DNA of 64,000 bases from Cycas panzhihuaensis (Eukaryota > Plantae > Cycadophyta), in contig CM041465.1 of the NCBI GenBank assembly GCA_023213395.1, forward strand, positions 120,473,741-120,537,740, read 5' to 3'. A program made the translations under genes and the position numbers. Every line of letters begins with the position of its first letter. The first letter of the stretch is position 1. Shown here in pieces: positions 60,101-64,000 of this stretch. The notes under the pieces were generated by a model. It was not told the origin of the DNA, did no database searches, and was given only the letters and a program-made list of their open reading frames with translations.

Positions 60101-63100
60101 GGATTATTGGTTACAAGATGCCTATGAAGTAAATTCTTCCTCTCATAGATGTAACTTATTGTCTAAATGTGTAATTGAGAACATTAATGATAATTTAGAT
60201 TCTTTCGAATATATAATGACTAATGATAGCTCAGTGGATAACATAAAACTAGACCAAAACCCCCCTAGTAGACTTAGTATTTTTCATAGTCCTATAGTAG
60301 CTATTAGTAATCTTAACCTCCCTTCTACCTCAGGCATGGGTCCTAAGGTAGATTCCCTATCCCCCCCTTTATTACAACCCAGGGAAGGAAGTAACATTCT
60401 TTCCTCATCTTCTTTAGAAGTATACCCACCCAACAACCGGTCCCTTCCAACGATTGGTGCCAAATCCAAGGGAATGGAAGGAGAATTGGCGGTAAATACT
60501 TCTAGAGACTCTGCTCTAGGTAATAGGATAACTATCCTAGAAGAAACAAACTTTGAAACTTATATTGGCAATCATGTTAAGCCTTTCTATGGGGAACAGT
60601 TATATGGGACTACTTGTTTAACCCACTGCATTGAATACTGGATGGAGCACGGAAATTGGGATAAAAATCAGTGGTAAAAAGACCTAGTACTTACCTTACA
60701 GGGAACGACTTGGTATTGGTAGTTAGCCCACCAAGCCACTCTCCAAGATTGGAAGGAGTTACAAGCAACGTTTCGACTTCGATTTGACCATCCAAAACAT
60801 TTAGACATCCCGTTATTCCATGTAGGCCAAAACCCTAGTGAGCACATACAGAAATGTAAACAAAAATGGACATCCCTAAGTATACTCAAGAAGATCTGGC
60901 CTAACTACTTTTACGACACCTTAGGACGGGTAGCAAAGGATTGGTTCTTAGGAAGGGAACAAAGTTGGATGTGACTTGGGGAAATCTGAAGGAATCCTTT
61001 ATAAAAACCTTTATGCATGCATCATAAGACAAAAATATAAATAGAATCTTGAGGAATATTAGAAGAATGAGCATGAATTTAGATCAAGGAATTATAAATA
61101 AAGAGGAAGAAGAATCAGCATATGGTGAGGAAGAAGAAATCCTAAATTACCCTGCAGAATTCACAGAAGTTAACATTGGGGAAAGAAAAATAGAAGATAC
61201 CCCTGGGCACAAAATCGGAAACAAGGAGGATATCGAAGTAACCAAATTGAAAACTATTGAAATTAATGTTGGCAGTAAAGAGGATCCCAAACTGATATGA
61301 ATTGGAAACTATTGGGATAATCAAACAATAGCGAAAGCTCAGCAATTGTTCGATGAGTTCCGTGACGTGTTCGCGTGGTCATATAAAGACCTAAAAGGTA
61401 TTCCCCCGAAAATAGGAATGCATCACATTGATTTGGTAGAGGAAGCAAAACCAGTGAAACAACAACCATACTGCATGAATCCTAAGTATAAGGAAAAGGT
61501 GAAAGCAGAGCTAGATAAAATGTTGGAAGCGGGATACATCTACGAGATTGACTACAAAGGATCGGGTGAGCTCAGAGTGGTAGTTCCCAAAAAGAATGGG
61601 AAAATACGTGTCTGTGTGGATTGTAGATAATTAAATAAGGTAACGAAGAAAGATCCCTTTCCGTTACCATTTACAGAAGACATTTTGGAAGCGGTGGGAG
61701 GAAATGAGATATATTCCTTCACCGACGGATTTAGTAGGTACAATCAAGTGCAGATTGCCCCAGAGGATCAATCAAAGACCACATTCATTACAGAATGGGG
61801 AACTTATGCCTATAAAGTAATGCCATTCAGTCTTACGAATGCATCGGCCACATTCCAGAGGATCGTGATCAACATATTTCAGAAATTTATTGGGAAAAAA
61901 GTGGTAGTATTCTTAGACGATTGGACGTTATACGGATTGATGAAAGATCATATGGAAAACTTGAGGGAGATGTTACAAACATGTTGAGAAAACAAGTTGT
62001 GTTTGAAGCCAGAGAAATGTACCTTTCTGGTACCCTTTGGGAATCTATTGGGACACATCGTCAGCAAGGAAGGATTACTGACAGATCCAGTCAAAGTATC
62101 CACAATTTTACACTTTCCTATACCACTCACGAGGAGACAATTGAAAGGGTTCCTGGGTTTAACTAGATATTACAGAAAATTCATTAGGGGATATGCATAC
62201 ATATCAGGACCCCTAGAGGAATTGTTAAAAAAAAATATTGAATGGGAATGGATGGAAGAACAACAGCAAGCATTCGAAGCATTAAAACGAGCCATCATAT
62301 CAGCACCCATATTGCGATTTCCTTATTGGAAGAAAACCTTCCATGTACACATAGATGCTTCACAATACGCTATTGGATGCGTATTGGCCCAACCTAGTGA
62401 TGACAAGATGGATCATCCGATATACTTCGCAAGTCGGGTAACTCACAAAGGCAGAACAAAATTATACCACGACAGAGAGAGAAGCGCTTGGCATGGTGTA
62501 TGCGCTGCAGAAATTTTGACACTATTTATTAGCAAATCCATTCTTGTTCTTCGTGAACCATCAAGCATTGATGTATCTGGTGAACAAACCAATAATGAGA
62601 GGACGAATCAGCAGATGGCTAATGTTGTTTTAGGAATTTTCTTTTAAATCATTGTGAAACCTGGAAAGCCCATATTATACTTGATCAGTTGTCAAGAATC
62701 TCGAACGGGGAAAAAGCTACAGGAATACTAGACGACTTTCCAGACGCGGCATTGTTCAGTGTGGAGGCAGTTCCAATAGACTAGTATGAGGGAATACTAG
62801 AATACTTAGCGACTGGTGAAGTGTCGTCAGAATTGGACCGTATGGAACGACGAAATTTCGTCAGAAAAGCAGAACCATATTAATTAATAAACGAAGAATT
62901 ATATAAACTGGCACCAGATGAAGTGTTGCGGCGATGCGTTTGGCCACACGAGACCAGCCAGATTATGTCCCAAGCACATGAAGGTGTAGCGGATGGACAC
63001 ATGGGTAAATTAGCCACATGGAGGAAAATCTTGATGTCCGGATTTTGGTGGCCATCTATGTTCGAAGACGTAAGAAAATGGATTCAAGCCTGCGACTATT

Positions 63101-64000
63101 GTCAACAGGTCAGGAAACCTAATCGACAAGATTTCCAACCCCTACATCCCATTCTACCTTTGGCACCGTTCGAGAAATGGGGACTCGACTTCGTTGGACT
63201 AATTAAACCAGTCGCCCGACGATCCAAAGCCCGATATATCCTAGTGGCAACAGATTATATGACAAAGTGGGTAGAAGCAAGAGCCTTAAGAAAAGCAGAT
63301 GCGGAAAGTACAAATTGGATTGCATTTAAGTGGTTATTACACGGTTTGGATGCCCTCTGGAGATTGTGAGTGATCAAGGTGCCCATTTTCTAAATCAAAC
63401 CATAGAGATATTGACATCGGCCTTTATGATAAGCCATCAGAAGTCTACACCATATTACCCAAGGGCAAATGGGCAAGCAGAGAGTTTAAACAAAATAATT
63501 GAAAACTACTTAAGAAAAATATGTGATGTCAGCAGATCTGATTGAGCCGAGAAATTGCCATCCGTGTTATGGGCATTTAGAACAACTTATAAAAGATCAA
63601 CTGGACAGACTCCATTCCAGCTCGTCTACGGAATAGAGGCCATTCTTCTAACAGAGTTCGAGACACCAAGCCTACGAACCGCTATGTAGTGTTGATTAGA
63701 CGACTTTCAATCCTTATGACAGCAATTGGAAGAATTGGTGCGGTTAGAAGAGAAACGATATATGGCGAAATGGTTGCAAAATATAGAAAAGAGACGACAA
63801 AAAGCGTGGCATGATCGACATTTACGCAAACCTCAATTTAAAGAAGGTGACCAAGTATTGCTTTACGACAGCAAGTTCAAGATGCAGCCCGGCAAACTCA
63901 AGATGCGGTGGCTAGGACCTTACATCGCAGAGAAAATCTTCGAGAATGGATTGGTGCAACTACGGAAAATTGATGGGCCGTTGCTACCAACTCGAGTGAA

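Larger units (their letters stand above)
44760..64000 (+). other. Intron 1 of RRP9 (>19 kb, TE-filled, runs off window)
   Basis: GT donor at 44760; no WD40-coding exon recognised downstream in the window. Confidence 0.6.
56318..64000 (+). mobile_element. Ty3/gypsy non-chromovirus-type element, decayed, truncated by window end
   Basis: 5' LTR 56318-57140; gag 57281-59130; protease VIVDGGATVNVL ~59570; RT FRDVFAWSY..KKNGKIRVCVD..YSFTDGFS..VFLDDW; RNase H HIDASQYAIGCVL; integrase H-H-C-C, FEKWGLDFVG, SDQGAHF, NGQAE, WLGPY. Confidence 0.93.

Overview
AT-rich eukaryotic DNA from a large-genome land plant (most consistent with a gymnosperm; inference). It is almost entirely nested, decayed retrotransposons around one host gene fragment. 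1-32.2 kb: copia fragments and an old minus-strand Ty3/gypsy chromovirus (CRM-like, LTRs at ~4.45-5.04 kb and 31.6-32.25 kb). That element is stretched to ~28 kb by a nested copia, an ~11-kb tandem duplication with reciprocal internal deletions, and two RNase H-bearing L1-type LINEs in tail-to-tail orientation. 32-44 kb: very degenerate TE debris, including a 3-kb pol-less LTR element and a possible hAT remnant. 44350-44759: first coding exon of an RRP9/U3-55K (YAO-like) U3 snoRNP gene, followed by an intron that apparently runs >19 kb past the window end. The intron holds an RT/RNase H-less copia with both LTRs, a second copia, and a gypsy element inserted into it. The most unusual observation is in that last gypsy: four Gag zinc knuckles, a Glu/Asp-type PBS, and two extra tandem capsid-like (Retrotrans_gag-like) modules between protease and reverse transcriptase. 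All TE reading frames are interrupted. Coordinates were counted by hand and are approximate unless a motif is quoted.
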